Assembly (NCBI GenBank): GCA_964016885.1
Contig: OZ024743.1
Coordinates: 203,174,001 to 203,238,000, forward strand
Length of the DNA stretch: 64,000 nt
Reading direction: 5' to 3'
Source of the DNA: Eledone cirrhosa
Lineage: Eukaryota
The first letter of the stretch is position 1. Each line of letters opens with the position of its first letter. Shown here piece by piece: positions 1 to 12,928 of the stretch. The notes beneath the pieces were generated by a model. The model saw nothing but the letters and a program-made list of their open reading frames with translations, was not told the origin of the DNA and searched no databases. A program made the translations under genes and the position numbers.

Positions 1-609
1 ACTTTTTCTCCCTCATTTCCTTCTATATATTTTTATATTTATTATTTTTTTCCTATTACTTAAAAAAAAATTTCAGTTGACTTATAATCCCCCTACTTTC
101 TACCATACCCATTACACATACACATCCACCCCCTTATTCTTTACTCGGTTCATTCTTTAACCAGATACTCTTATCTAGTTCTCATCGCAAACCTTTTACA
201 ACACTTTTTTCCCTTTCCTATTCTTAATAATTGTGTTTATTTTTTATGTGTGTGAGTTTATTTATGTTTATATTATACTTATATATGGTTCTATGTATGT
301 GTTTACGTATATAGTTGTGTGTATGCGGTTGTATATATGCTTTTGTTTTTGTCTGTATAGTATTACGTATGGTTTTGTATGCGTGTATTGATTTCTTATT
401 ACGTGCGAGTGCGCACACGCATGTATACGTTTGTACGTAGGCTTTGTACCAACACTCTTTTTTGTAGGGTTTATGTGTGTGTTAGTATATTTGGTTGTAT
501 GCATGTTTTTATATACGTGTGTATGCGTGTGTATCTGTATGTGTATATGTATTTTTGCACGCATGTGTATGTGTATGTGGATATGTACGTATGTTTATTT
601 TTATATGTT

Positions 610-662
<53 letters not shown>

Positions 663-901
663 TATTAATATATGTAGAAATAAACACAGTAAATTCTGAG
701 TCTAAAATTACGAGGGTAGATTATACCACAAATGTTTTATATATTTAAACTGAAGCATACAGTAAGATACAAGATTTCATATACAGACCGTATCAATATT
801 TCTACATATATTAATATTATAATGCTTAATATTTATATTTTGAGTTTGTTAATTGCAGGGTATCAATATGAGTTAATAACTCTATATTTTATTTGTATTT
901 G

Positions 902-954
<53 letters not shown>

Positions 955-956
955 CA

Positions 957-993
<37 letters not shown>

Positions 994-1101
994 GTGTGTC
1001 GGTATATATGTATATACAGATACATTTGTGTATGTGTTTTTATACGTGTGTATGAGTATTTGTGCATGTTTCTGTGTGTGTATGTATGTATGTGTGTATA
1101 C

Positions 1102-1135
<34 letters not shown>

Positions 1136-1466
1136 TTTATATACATATATATTTATGTATATGCACACCTCATGTATTTGTTTATTTGTATTTGTTTTTT
1201 ATTTCCCAACCCCACCGACCCCATCCTCTCCCCTCCTCTCACTTATCGTTGTCAACACGTATCGTTTATTTTTGACTTTGTATTTTTTGTTCTTATTCAT
1301 TTATTTATTGATTCTTATTACTTCATGTATTTATATGCGTGTTTATATATTTATTGTTTTTATATTTACATATGTATTTTTTCTTTTTTCTTTATTTTCT
1401 CTTCTTCTTCCTCCGTTGTTTCCTCAGCCTCACTTTCATATTTCATATATTTTGTTTTCAAGTCCA

Positions 1467-2415
1467 TGTATATATATAAAACTAAGGATGTCTGTCTGTA
1501 TGTGTGTGAGTTCGAATCCCTAAAACTCGAGAAGCACCAAACCGACTGTTTTCAAACTTTACACATGTAATACTTACGTTTCAGGGAGTGTTCTGAGCAA
1601 ACAAAATTTCAAATTTTCAATATCCGTAGGACCGCATTAGGCGATTCAGCGATCTCTCTCTATAATTCTTAGTCTTTCTCTTTTTAGATAGATACATACA
1701 TATAACGTCGCACCTTTATAGTATATGTCTGTATGTCTGACTACCTGCATTACGTCACTTCCTCGAGGATGTCTGTCAGTCTGTCTGTGTGTGTGTGGGG
1801 GGGGGGGGGGCGTCTGTGAGTTTGAATCCCTAAAACTTGAGAAGTACCCAAGCGATTCTTTTCAAACGTTACATGTGTATTACTTATGTTTCAGGGAGTG
1901 TTATGCACACAAAAAGATGCAACTTTTTGATTTCTTAGGGCCCGCATTAGGTGAAAAACTGCGTTTTTTAAGCTTTTTATGGGTTTTTTGAGGCGTTACG
2001 TCAGATCGATTTCCTTGAAATTGTAACTATGTATTAGTCAGTCTCTTCTTCATACCGTGAGCAAAGAAAATATTACTTTTTTATGGCCTAGGACCCGCAT
2101 TAGGTGAAAAACTTCATTTTTTCAGCTTCTTAGGGCTTTTTGGAGGCGTTACGTCTAGCCGATTTTCCCGAAATTTAAAGGCATATTATGCACATAAAAA
2201 AATTCATTTTCTTGATCCCCTAGTGCCCGCATTAGGTGAAAACCTGCATTTTTCCTGCTTCATCGAGGAAAATCTTAAAGATTATCCAGCCATCAGAGTA
2301 TTCGGTTTATTTTCTTTACATTTTGTCCTGGCATGCAGTTTCTCCACGATTAGGTCTGTTGGCTGCCGGCGTTCCAAAATAACTTATCCTGTGCAACGCC
2401 GGGTACCACTGCTAG
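1467..2415 (+). mobile_element. Non-autonomous Helitron, copy 1
   Basis: Starts T(G)TATATATATAAAACT and ends with a subterminal hairpin-like CCTGTGCAACGCCGGG, then CTAG|T. No TSD. Homologous to 41730-42958. The 5' module is repeated internally (~1765-1910) and GCATTAGGTGAAAA recurs. Confidence 0.75.
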
Positions 2416-2596
2416 TATTTAATAAAAACACCATGTTTTATTCATTCTGACGACTGAAAACAGATATATCAGCTTTCAAGAAACCACTGGTAAATGAAAT
2501 AATTATTTTATGTTGTTTATTATATAACTAATAAGCTCTGTAGCCTACATAGAGCACTCTTTTTTCTTGTATATTTCCAACGAAATTACTTCATTT

Positions 2597-2717
<121 letters not shown>

Positions 2718-2738
2718 TGTATGTATGTATGTATATGT

Positions 2739-4650
2739 GAAAGGTCTCCAGGCATGAATGGCATACATGCATAGCTCTTACAATATGGTGGTGAGAGACT
2801 TCAGCAACATTTTCACTCTTTGTTTGGCATGATATGTGCTAATGAATCCGTATTTGAGGACTGGAGAGATGCAGTAAAGGTGGTCTTGTACAAGAGAAAG
2901 GGTAATAAGACTGATTGTGGAAACTACAGAGGTATATCATTGCTTTCTCTCGTTAGGAAAGATTTTATGACCGTCTGCTGACACACATTGCAGATTGTGT
3001 TCTTCCTGAAAGTCAACCTGGTTTTCGTGCTGCACGCGGCACTACTGATATGATCTTCTCAGCTAGACAGCTCCAGGAGAAGTGCACGGAACAAGGTTTG
3101 GATCTGTATCAGGTTTTTGTCGATCTGACAAAAGCTTTCGATACTGTTAACAGAAATGCATTATTGAAGGTTCTCCAGAAACTTCGTTGCCCTGATAAAT
3201 TACTTGCTTTAGTTAGGTCTTTCCATGACGACATGAAGGATTGGGTTAATGTCGGAGGTAACATGTCGGAGCCTATCTCAGTAAAGAATGGAGTGAAACA
3301 GGGGGATATTCCAGCACCGAACCTGTTTGCCATATACTTTGCAATGGTTTTCTATATTGCACAAGAATTGCGAGTATGTTGTTTACATCCAATATCGAAC
3401 CTCAGGCAACATATTTAACATCAGGCGCTTTGCTGCAAAAACAAAAGTATTTACATCAATCATAAGAGACCTCTTGTATGTAGATGATTGAGATCTTGTA
3501 GCGCTGACCGAGAGTGATATGCAGCACATTTTGAATGCATTTTCTGATGCATGCACTGCCCTAGGATTGACTGTCAGTCTCAAGAAAACCGTCGTCACGT
3601 ACCAACCTGCCCCTGGTAAGCAGTACAGTGAGCCAAATATCTATGTGTCTGGTAAACGACTTGAGTGGTTGATCAGTTTGCCTACCTGGGAAGCACTGTC
3701 AATCGATACAGCAACCTTGATAATGAAATCCCACTCAGGATTAGGAAAGCAAGTGATGCTTTCGGAAAGCTAGAAAGGCGACACTGGGGTCGGTGAGACA
3801 TATGCAAGAAGACAAAAGTAAAGTTGTACAGGGCATGTGTGCTCTCTTCTCTTCTTTATGCCTGCGAGACCTGGGTCACATATCGACACCACCTTAAACA
3901 ATTGGAGCGTTTCCATCAGATGTGTCTTAGACGGATCCATGGCGTTCACTGGAGGAACCACATCAGTGATGTCGAGATTTTGGAAAGCTCTCTGTGTGAC
4001 AGTATAGAAGCTCTTGTGCTTAATCAAAGACTCCGTTGGAGGGGTCACCTTGCCAGGATGAAGGATACTAGAATACCAAAACAACTCTTTTATGGAGAGT
4101 TAGTTAAAGGAAAACGACCCCCACATAAATCGAAAAAGTGGTGTAAGGATTCCTTGAAAGCCTCTTTGAAAGATGCTAACATATCTGCTGATATATGGGG
4201 AAATGTTGCTGCTGATCGTAATAAATGGAGAAAGACTGTATATGAGGGGAAAGTTGCCTTTGAGGCATCTCAAATCGCATACGAGAAAGTACAGATGGAT
4301 GTGAGGAAGGACATTACTGTTGCATTTCCAGACGGCGAGGGTCTTCCTGTGGCGCTGACATGCAGCGTCTGTGCGAGACTCTGCCTAAGCAAAGCTGGAC
4401 TCGAAAGTCATCTTCGCAGTCATAAAGTGAGACCAGTGGCTGATTACCAGGCTGCTGTTGAAGATGCTACTCATCACGCATGCCAAGCATGTAGCAGAGG
4501 ATGTAAATCAGCAGGAGGGCTCAAACATTTTGCAAACTACGGCCGGCTATTCGCAGTGAATGTTTTGGTTGCCAACTCTGTGCAAGACATTTTAGATCAT
4601 TGGTTGGGCTAAAAAGCCACATTCGATCGCAGCGCTGTTAATTGCTATCG
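2739..4650 (+). mobile_element. 5'-truncated, frameshifted RTE/BovB-like LINE (RT plus C-terminal C2H2 fingers)
   Basis: ORF pieces 3050-3418 (FVDLTKAFDTV, GVKQGD), YVDD at ~3477, and 3824-4612 (LLYACETW, RLRWRGHLARM, PKQLFYGEL, CSVC..H..SH). Confidence 0.9.
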
Positions 4651-4663
4651 TGTGTGTGTGTGT

Positions 4664-4749
<86 letters not shown>

Positions 4750-4917
4750 ATGTGTGTGTGTGTATGTGTGTGTGTGTGTATGTGTGTGTGTGTAGATATG
4801 TTTATGTGTGTGTGTGTGTGTATATATATGTATATTATTATTGTTGTTGTTATTGTTGTTATTGTCGTTATTATTATTATTATTATTATTATTATTGTTA
4901 TTGTTATTATTATTATT
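4651..4917. repeat. (TG)n followed by (ATT)n/(GTT)n microsatellite
   Basis: Direct reading. Confidence 0.95.
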
Positions 4918-7900
4918 GCCGACCTACGTAGTAAATCGTATCATCGTGAGCTCCACAAAGGTTTGTTATTTTCAGGTGTTTAAAATTGCCATTTATGGAA
5001 AATTTTATTGTTAACTGTATATAAGTGCACATACATTGTTATCTGAAAAGGACACCCACAAAGATTGGGGCCTTGAGCCCAAAATTTAAACTTTTATAAT
5101 TATCAAACAAAAATTTTTCTTTGAAAAATCATGGACGACTCAGAATCACTCCTTCCTCACAAACTAACACATCACACCGACACCACCATTGTAAATATTA
5201 CTACATTTGCCAACAATAAAAATATAAGCAGTAGCAATATTTTTAATTTGTCTCAGGCAGACATTCATTTCCCGCCATTACCAATGACTGCAGGTGTTAA
5301 AGCCGCCACCACAACCACCACCACCGCGACAACCACCACCCACAGCACCACCACAGCAACAACAGAAACAAAAGAAAAAAATAAATTATCTCGTGATATC
5401 GAAATGAATTCAACCAAAATGAACTCTTCCACACCGAACACCACTGACGCCACCACCACCACAAAAAAAAACTAAAATTAACATAACAAAAATAACGATA
5501 ACAACAGCAATGAAATTAAGAAAACCACCCTGAGTTTTTCCAGAGTAGCAAAACAGTGCGAAGCATTTCAGGTAACTCAGGAGGAATTAGAAGAAACCAA
5601 AAAAATGGTAAAGAATGGGTACAGGGTCAGCCCCCCTCCCCCCCTACTAAAATGGAGCATCGGCGCCTATGCACCGCCTATGCACCCTGTCTTATCGCAC
5701 CAGCTCCTACACCATCCACTACGCCACAACCAAAACCAACGCCTGTGGAGGATTTTCCACTCCCCGGCCTATCACAAATGGAGACAGATTGTGACGACGA
5801 GGAGTGGGAAACGGTATCAGGAAAAAAGAAAAAAAGAAACCAAAAAAGAAAAAATTCTCTTCCTTCCCCCACCAAAAACAAAATACAGAGGGAAACAAAT
5901 AAACTATCAAACAAAAAAGTTAGGACAGATTTGCCACCATCCACACCAGCATCACCAACCCCATCACCACAAACACCAACACCATCACCATCATTAACCC
6001 CAACACCACCATCACCTACACCACAAAAGTCACCAAAAAGCGAAACAGAAACAAACCCACAACAAACGCAAACAAAACAAAACAACCAAAACGATACACA
6101 CTACACAGCATTAAATTTGAACAATAACCAATTATTACACTACATCCAACACAACACCAGCATCACAGAAAAAGACTACACAACAACCCAAAAGTTCACA
6201 CCACCTCCACACATACAGAAAACGTACACGACACTAAAACAAAAATTCCCCAAAGACATCGGAGATTTCCGACAAACACTCTCCAGGAGGATTTATAAGG
6301 ACATCCTTCCGGAGGAGGCCACAAGCTGTGAAAAGGATGGACAAACCATCCTTCCTCTACGAGAAGTAAGGTAAGTGGTCTTTCTCATCTTTTCCCCTCC
6401 ATTTCAACATGACCTCACTCAGAATAGGCAGCATAAATGCGCGTGGCTTGGGGTCGTCATGGAAGCAGGGCCACCTGCTCAACGACCTCAGGTCACTAAA
6501 CATAGATGTAGTGGCCATCAGCGAGACCAGAATCTCCGAAGCACGGGCCTTCGCACCGATCTTCGGCGGATGCGATGTGTACGCATCTCCCAGCCGTCCG
6601 GGATCGAGGAGAGGAGTTGCTGTGCTTTTTCGGAGAAGTTTGGATCTCGCCATACGGGCCATCTTCCTGAACCCAGAAGGTAAGTTGGTGGTGCTGGACG
6701 TGACCAGCAGAGACGGGAAAGCTTTCAGGCTAGTGGCCGTCTATGCCCCGACAGGAGCAGGGCGGCCTGATTTCTTCCGGCGTCTGGAGACCTTTCTTGG
6801 AACGTCCCGCTTGTTAGTGTTAGTAGGCGACTGTAACGGGATCTTAGATGCACGCTGGGACTGTGTGGGATCAGCGGATAGGGGAGAAGGGTGCAAGAGC
6901 CTCACCAACCGGCTCAGGCGTTTTGAACTGTCTGACAGTTACCGATTGGATTTCCCGAATGTGCCAATGTGGACTTGGACAAATCGCATTGGCTCATCCA
7001 GATCATATCTAGATAGAGTATTTTGTAGGGAAATAGATAGGTCTAGCATAGGCTGTCCACAATTCAAGATAGTCAGCTACACGGACCATAAATTCGTGAT
7101 CTGTGTGCTTGACTTAGATAGGCTTCATAGACGAGGACCCGGCTACGGGAAGCTAAACGCATCCTTACCAGCGCGCAACGCCTACAGAGAGCGGATTAGC
7201 GAACTATTTAAGCGGGCGTTGACGGGGGCCATCGTCAACAACAAGTGGTGGTTTGCTCTGAGAAGAGCAATTAGAATAGAGTCCATTAGGTTTAGTAAAG
7301 CTTTAGCAATAGAGAAAAATAGAGCAGAGGGAGAATTAGTTAGAAAATTAGACGAGGCGCTTAGCAAAGGCATCGCGACCGACGTACTTGCGGCAAAATT
7401 GGCCCTTGACTAATTCTTCAATGCAAAGCACGAAGGCTGCGTTGTCAGAGCTATGGTGCGTTCTCTCAGACACGGGGGGACGAAAGCCGTTCAATGGGCC
7501 CGAGTGGCGGAGGCGCGTCGTGGCAACAAAGCCACGATCCGGTCTTTGGTGGACCACGACGGGCGCATGCTACTCGATCCCGGGAAAATGTGTGAAGCTT
7601 TTCAGCGACACTTCGCACAGCTGTTCGGGGGAAGCGGCGGGCCGGATCGAGGGATGGACATTAGTGTTTACCTCGACGGACTGCCGCGGCTCTCGGCCGC
7701 TGAGGCGGAGTGTTACGAAAAGCCGATATCAGCCACTGAAGTACGGGAGGCAATGACTGGCTGCACAAGGGGTAAATCGCCTGGTTTACATGGTCTGCCC
7801 TATGAACTTTACGTACAGATGCCAGACTTGTTCGGAGACCTCTTGGCGGACGTCTACTGCAACTGGCAATAGAACGGGAGAATTCCCAGCTCTGTGAGCC

Positions 7901-10073
7901 GAGGAGCTGTGAGGCTGCTGAGAAAGGATGCGAACAAGGGGGATAACTTAGATAATTTTAGGCCAATAACTCTGCTAAACACAGAGTTCAAGATTTGGCC
8001 AAGGTGCTAGCAAAGATGTTGGCGCTTGTCGTTGATGGTCTGGTGGGAGAAGCGCAGACGTGCGCCATTCCCGACAGATCCATCCACGACAACCTCCACC
8101 TCATGCGATACATCGTAGAGAGGGTAGCTAGGGAACCTGGCACGGGTGGGTCCTTGACCAATTTATATCAGTCGAAAGCTTTCGATAGGGTCGACCATCG
8201 TTACCTAGCGGCAGTCCTGAGGGCGGCTGGCTTTGGGCCCGTCTTCAGAGGCTGGATTGCTGCCATGCACATCGATATCTGCTCTGTGGTGAGAGTGAAC
8301 TGTCACCTTTCAGAACCGTTCAACATCATGCGCTCGGTCCGCAAAGGATGTCCTCTCTCGTCCCTCTTGTACGTATTGACTCTCGAGCCATTACTGCACA
8401 AACTAGAGACGTTGAGGGGGGTCCCGCGCAAACTAGGATGCGGAAGATCCGTGTCAGCATATGCGGATGATATCACCGTAGTGGTGTCGAACGCCAAACA
8501 CATCGAGGCGATCTGCACTACACTAAGAGGATACGAAGCGGCGACAGGAGCAATGATCAACCAGGAAAAGTCAGTGGGCCTGCAGCTCGGCACCTGGAGA
8601 GGCAGGTCGATGCTGTCCAACAGCTTCGTCGGGCGCTGGACGGACGGACCGGTAAATTACTAGTGGTCTGGTTCGGTCCGGACTTCCAGACGGACAAAAA
8701 CTGGGACGAGGTGACGAGCAGGGTGGCTTCTCTCACCCAGAAATGGGCGGAGAGGAAGATATCCCTGAAAGGTCGAGGGGAGGTGGCTAACGCGTACATC
8801 GCATCCGTCATCTACTACCGCCTGACCGTCGTATCTTGTCCTAAGCCCCGCCTGACTGCGCTGGAGCGTTTGCTCTTTCGCCTTTTGTGGAAGGGACGCG
8901 CTCCGATGGTCAGGCGGTCTATCTGCTGTCAACACCCGCTACGTGGAGGGCAGTGCATGCCGTGGCGGATGATGCGAAGACACGCGCTCAGGCTACGACA
9001 TCTCCACCTCTTCCTCCACGGTGAACAGGTGTGGTCGCCGTTTGCTAGACACGTCTTTCCCCAGCTCGTCTCCTTGATGGAGCTGCAGTCCTGGGTCAAG
9101 CGAAGACCGAGAGGGAGCGCTTGGAGACTGGAATGTCTTCAGGCGCCCACAGCCCTCGACCAATCCTCGGAAATGTGATCGGTGGAAACTCCACCTTGGC
9201 GTTCTATAGAGGATTAGTTGAGGGGAAGAGCGACGACGTACTTGGAGAAACTCTAGGCGTCGACGAAAATCAAATAGCCAATCTCTTCGGAAGGACTTTC
9301 GGCCCGGGGCCTATGGACAACTTCCAGAAATCCCTGGCATGGCAGTCCTACCGAGGAGCTTTGACAGTTCGGGATAAACTCTACAGGCATGGAGATGCCG
9401 TCAGCCGGGCATGTCCGAGTTGCGCACAGGGCGACGAAATCGTCCTACTCGTACTCGTCCAGTGTCCAAGCATTGCTGACTTGTGGGTTTATGTCGAACA
9501 CCTGCTGTCACGTGTAGGACGGATCCAGCTATCAGCTGAGTCCATCGTGAGGATTGCCCCGCCGTCTTCCTTTACCCGGGAAGGGCAGGCAATTTTTATC
9601 TGCCTGGTGGCCATGGCGAAAGAGATAGTATGGTGGACACGTTTGAAAGGGTTGAAGACGAGCATTTACCTCTTCGGTGATGCCCTGATTAATATTTCAA
9701 ATTTCATTTGAAAAGGAAAATCAGGGTAGAGAGGAAAGTGCTCTCTTCCCAGCATTTTGTTGAAAGATGGGTGAGAGAAGCAAGTATGGCTCGAGTGAAT
9801 GGGCCTACTCTGAGTATGTGTCTGTAAATTAAAGGTGGAAAACTGGGAGAGGGCACTTGCCTTGGTGGTCAGGGTCACTGTGGCCTTTTAATGGGCTGTC
9901 TCCACAAATGTCCCTCGGAAGTCTCCCCCCTATTGGGGAATCTTTCATTGTTATTTTTTATTACATCCTCTGTTTTTTTTGCACGCAGAAATGTCCATTT
10001 GTACCGTCCGGTATTGTCCTGTACTGTCCTTAATGTCTACTTTATGTAAACCCTTGTGGTTAATAAAGAAAGC
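4918..10073 (+). mobile_element. L1/Tx1-clade LINE, copy 1, near full length and decayed
   Basis: Low-complexity ORF1 remnant (5131-6374), APE-RT ORF2, and a 3' UTR ending TAATAAAGAA into (ATT)n. Confidence 0.88.
6409..9827 (+). pseudogene. ORF2 (AP endonuclease + RT + Cys finger) of Tx1-like LINE, disrupted
   Basis: SINARGL, SET, LVGDCN, SYLDR and YTDH (APE); KAFDRV, GCPLS and YADD (RT); CPSC...QCP. Contains stops and frameshifts. Confidence 0.9.
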
Positions 10074-10137
10074 ATTATTATTATTATTGTTATTGTTATT
10101 GTTATTATTATCATTATTATTATGATAATTTTTTTTT

Positions 10138-10177
10138 CGTGCAAAAGCTATACTCGATAACGAGGCGGCAGCCATCA

Positions 10178-10180
<3 letters not shown>
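10138..10180 (+). mobile_element. Detached RTE-type 3' terminus
   Basis: TACTCGATAACGAGGCGGCAGCCATCAT resembles the RTE-type end TACTCGAAAACGAGTTGGCAGCCACCAT at 39638-39665. Confidence 0.6.
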
Positions 10181-10234
<54 letters not shown>

Positions 10235-10238
<4 letters not shown>

Positions 10239-10417
10239 AAGTATGACCCCGACGGCAGAGCTCAAGCCGTTTCGACGGCTATTTCTGGACTTTAGTCTAT
10301 ATATATATAGTCCAGATATAGCCGTCGAAACGGCTTGAGCTCTGCCACTCTACTACCCTAAGTATTGAGTACTCTGGTGCGTTATGGTCCATCTGGTTCC
10401 TTACCACAACACCTTCG

Positions 10418-10420
<3 letters not shown>
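10235..10420 (+). mobile_element. Fold-back PLE-like terminal fragment carrying a half hammerhead (copy 1)
   Basis: Inverted arms at 10254-10291 and 10309-10346, (TA)n flanks, and a second copy at 53323-53549. Confidence 0.65.
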
Positions 10421-10481
<61 letters not shown>

Positions 10482-10494
10482 TTATATATATATA

Positions 10495-10545
10495 AGATTC
10501 CTGATGATTTCTAAAGAATGAAACAGTTCTAGTCCTGTAGAATCT
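10495..10545 (+). ncRNA. Type I hammerhead ribozyme motif
   Basis: AGATTC-CTGATGA-t.ttc.taaa.gaa.t-GAAA-cag.ttctagtc.ctg-TA-GAATCT. Stem I is 6 bp and stem III is 3 bp plus the A-U pair. Confidence 0.75.
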
Positions 10546-10649
10546 CATCTATATTAAAACTTTTATACTCTGTTATGTATTGAGTACCTTACTTACTGTG
10601 GTTACCTCCGATTCAACCCGGAATAACTTACCTATATATATATATATAT

Positions 10650-11023
10650 ATAATGGAAAATTTGGACAGGAACAAAACAGAGAGGCAGTACAAAGAATGT
10701 TTATTAATTTCACGCTCTTGAGAGTGAGGTGGTGGTGGGGAACGACGTTTCGGGAATAAGCCGTTCTTCAGGTGAAAAGTGTGTGGGAAGAGAGTTCAAA
10801 GGGTGTGTAGGGGAGTGGTGGAGAGACATATAGCAAAAAGGGGGTGGGAGGAAACGGTGCTAATGAAAATAAAAATAAAAACATGATCAAAGTAAAATTA
10901 AAATGGAGTAAAACAGGTGGTGGAAGGATGTGGGGCGTGTAGGGGTGGTGGCGGGTGGAGTGGGGAGAGGGAGACGGGGTGTCCGAGTGGGGAGGGCTGA
11001 AGGTGGTGTGTGTGTGTAGGTGT

Positions 11024-11060
<37 letters not shown>

Positions 11061-11480
11061 AAAGCAAGGGTTGGGGGAAGAACGGGGTTGCATGTTCTGG
11101 AAGAGGTGTGTGTGGGGTGGGGTGTAGGTCGGAGTGTGTGTGCGTGTGTGGATAGAGGGGTGGGGGGAGAGGAATCCGGAGGCTGAATGTGTAAATATGT
11201 GGCGGAACGCACGTGTGTGTGGTGTTTAAGCGTGTTGTGGGTGTAGGTGGCGTGTGGGAAAAAAATTTTGTTTGGGGTGTGTGTGTGGGTGAGTCATGAA
11301 GGTGATTCCGTAAGAAGATGTGAAGGAAAGGTTGGAAAAATCCTAGGATGGTAGTTGATTCCGCGGTCAAGATCCACATACGAGGAATCCGTGAAGAGAT
11401 GGTCGGAAGAGGGGAGATGTGGGGTGCGCGCGCAATAGGAAGTGGTCAAGGCAGTAGGAGTGATGTGTGTCTGTGTGTGC
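10650..11480 (-). mobile_element. Probable Penelope-like 3' fragment
   Basis: The minus strand has a C/A-rich UTR, then CTGAAGA...CCGAAACGTCG (10741-10772) and AATAAA, ending in (TA)n. Confidence 0.45.
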
Positions 11481-11795
11481 TGGATATATATATATATATA
11501 TATAGTTACAACAGAGACATATACAGGTACTTAAGTTTCGTTGGATTCTAGACCCCCAAATCATTCAGTCATTACCCTTGGATATGTTTACCAAACTTGT
11601 ACTATATTATATATATATAGTCCAGATATATATATATAGAGAGAGAGATTTTGAATATATGTTGGTTGTATACCAACACCTCAGTATGCAGGTTGGAGCA
11701 CTCGACGAAGTGCGCAGGTTGGTTTGGTTACTCCGGAGTAATGTAAAATAAAGTTAACTAAAAAGTCAAATGTTTAAAATTTAGCTTCGTTTATT

Positions 11796-11850
11796 ACTGC
11801 TATATATATTTCAGTGACAGCCATCTTTGGCTGTGACCTCTTCAGGCAGT
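11796..11850 (-). ncRNA. Minimal type I hammerhead ribozyme motif
   Basis: Reverse complement: ACTGC-CTGAAGA-ggtc.acagcca.aaga.tggctgt.cact-GAAA-tatata-TA-GCAGT. Stem I is perfect and stem III is palindromic. Confidence 0.8.
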
Positions 11851-11872
11851 CCGAATTAGTGTGGTATATATA

Positions 11873-12280
11873 CGAGGGTAATCCCAAAAGTAAGGTTAAC
11901 AAAGTGATGGGAACACAGAGAAACTGTTCGTACGGCTGTTGGCAACATTGTTGTGATTGGTGCTTCCTTCACTCCCAAACAAGCATACGCACACTTCGCT
12001 GGGATGCTCAATCTTGGCTTGGTAGCCGTTGAGAATAGAGCTTCCGTTGAACTCTACCGCCAAGTGCGAATTTCGCGCAGTTATTATATGGAGGGCAATC
12101 CCAAAATTAAGGTCTCCTTCCGAAGAAAACATGCGTAAAGATCGGCGAATCACTCTGGATGCTCTCTGCATTTTGGTTCCTGAGGTTTGCCGAAGCACCA
12201 TCCACAGGATTTTAACGGAAACATTGCAATATCGGAAGTTGCAATATCGGAAGGAGACTTTACTTTTGTGATTACACTCG
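11873..12280 (+). mobile_element. Internally deleted mariner element
   Basis: TIRs CGAGGGTAATCCCAAAAGTAAGGT and ACTTTACTTTTGTGATTACACTCG, TA at both ends, and an HTH remnant (DRRITL..STIHRILTETLQYRK). A third TIR-like copy lies at 12091-12117. Confidence 0.75.
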
Positions 12281-12928
12281 TATATATGTGTGTGTGTGCT
12301 TGTGTTATGGGCCAGTTTGCGAGATACATTACTATCTGTGGCACCTGTTTCAATGCTCTAAACGTTTATGTGAATTTGATATTCAGTGTTATAAATGATT
12401 ATCAACACTATTATCTGCTTGTCACTGGCATGATATGCAGAATGTGTGTATTAAGAATGGAAGATCAAGCTATCAGTTCAACATACTTTAATGGTAATTA
12501 TGCGTAACATGAGGAGGTTTCAAAATGACCATCTCGAAGCCTTAATAGATCACAACCAGTTTCGATTCTCATCAGACGCAATGGAGGTCAGAATCGGAAT
12601 GTGTATGTGCGTGTGTGTGTGCGCGCGCACACATGTCTACATGTTTCTTGTGTGTGTGTGTGTGTGTGTGTGTCAGGGAATTTTACTCGTATATATAAAT
12701 CAGTATATTTTATATTTTATCATTTTAATCTTGCCATATATATATATGTGTGTGTGCGTGTGTTTATATATGTGTGTGTGTGTGTGTGTGTATGTGTGTG
12801 TGCGTGTGTGTGTGTGCGCGTGTCTGTGGTAGTCTTTCTGGTAAGAATAAGGGGGAAACAATATTCTTGGTATAATGAATATTACTCCTCATACCAGCAA
12901 TGTTATTACAACTGCCACTGCAACAACT

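Noticed and set aside
224-1570. Long ORFs rich in YI/CV/HT (also many elsewhere in the window)
   Set aside because: These are translations of (TA)n/(TG)n microsatellites that lack stop codons.
10741-10776. Complete hammerhead on the minus strand (CTGAAGA..GAAACGTC)
   Set aside because: The core boxes are present but adjacent stem I has only 2 bp. Kept only as PLE-terminus evidence.
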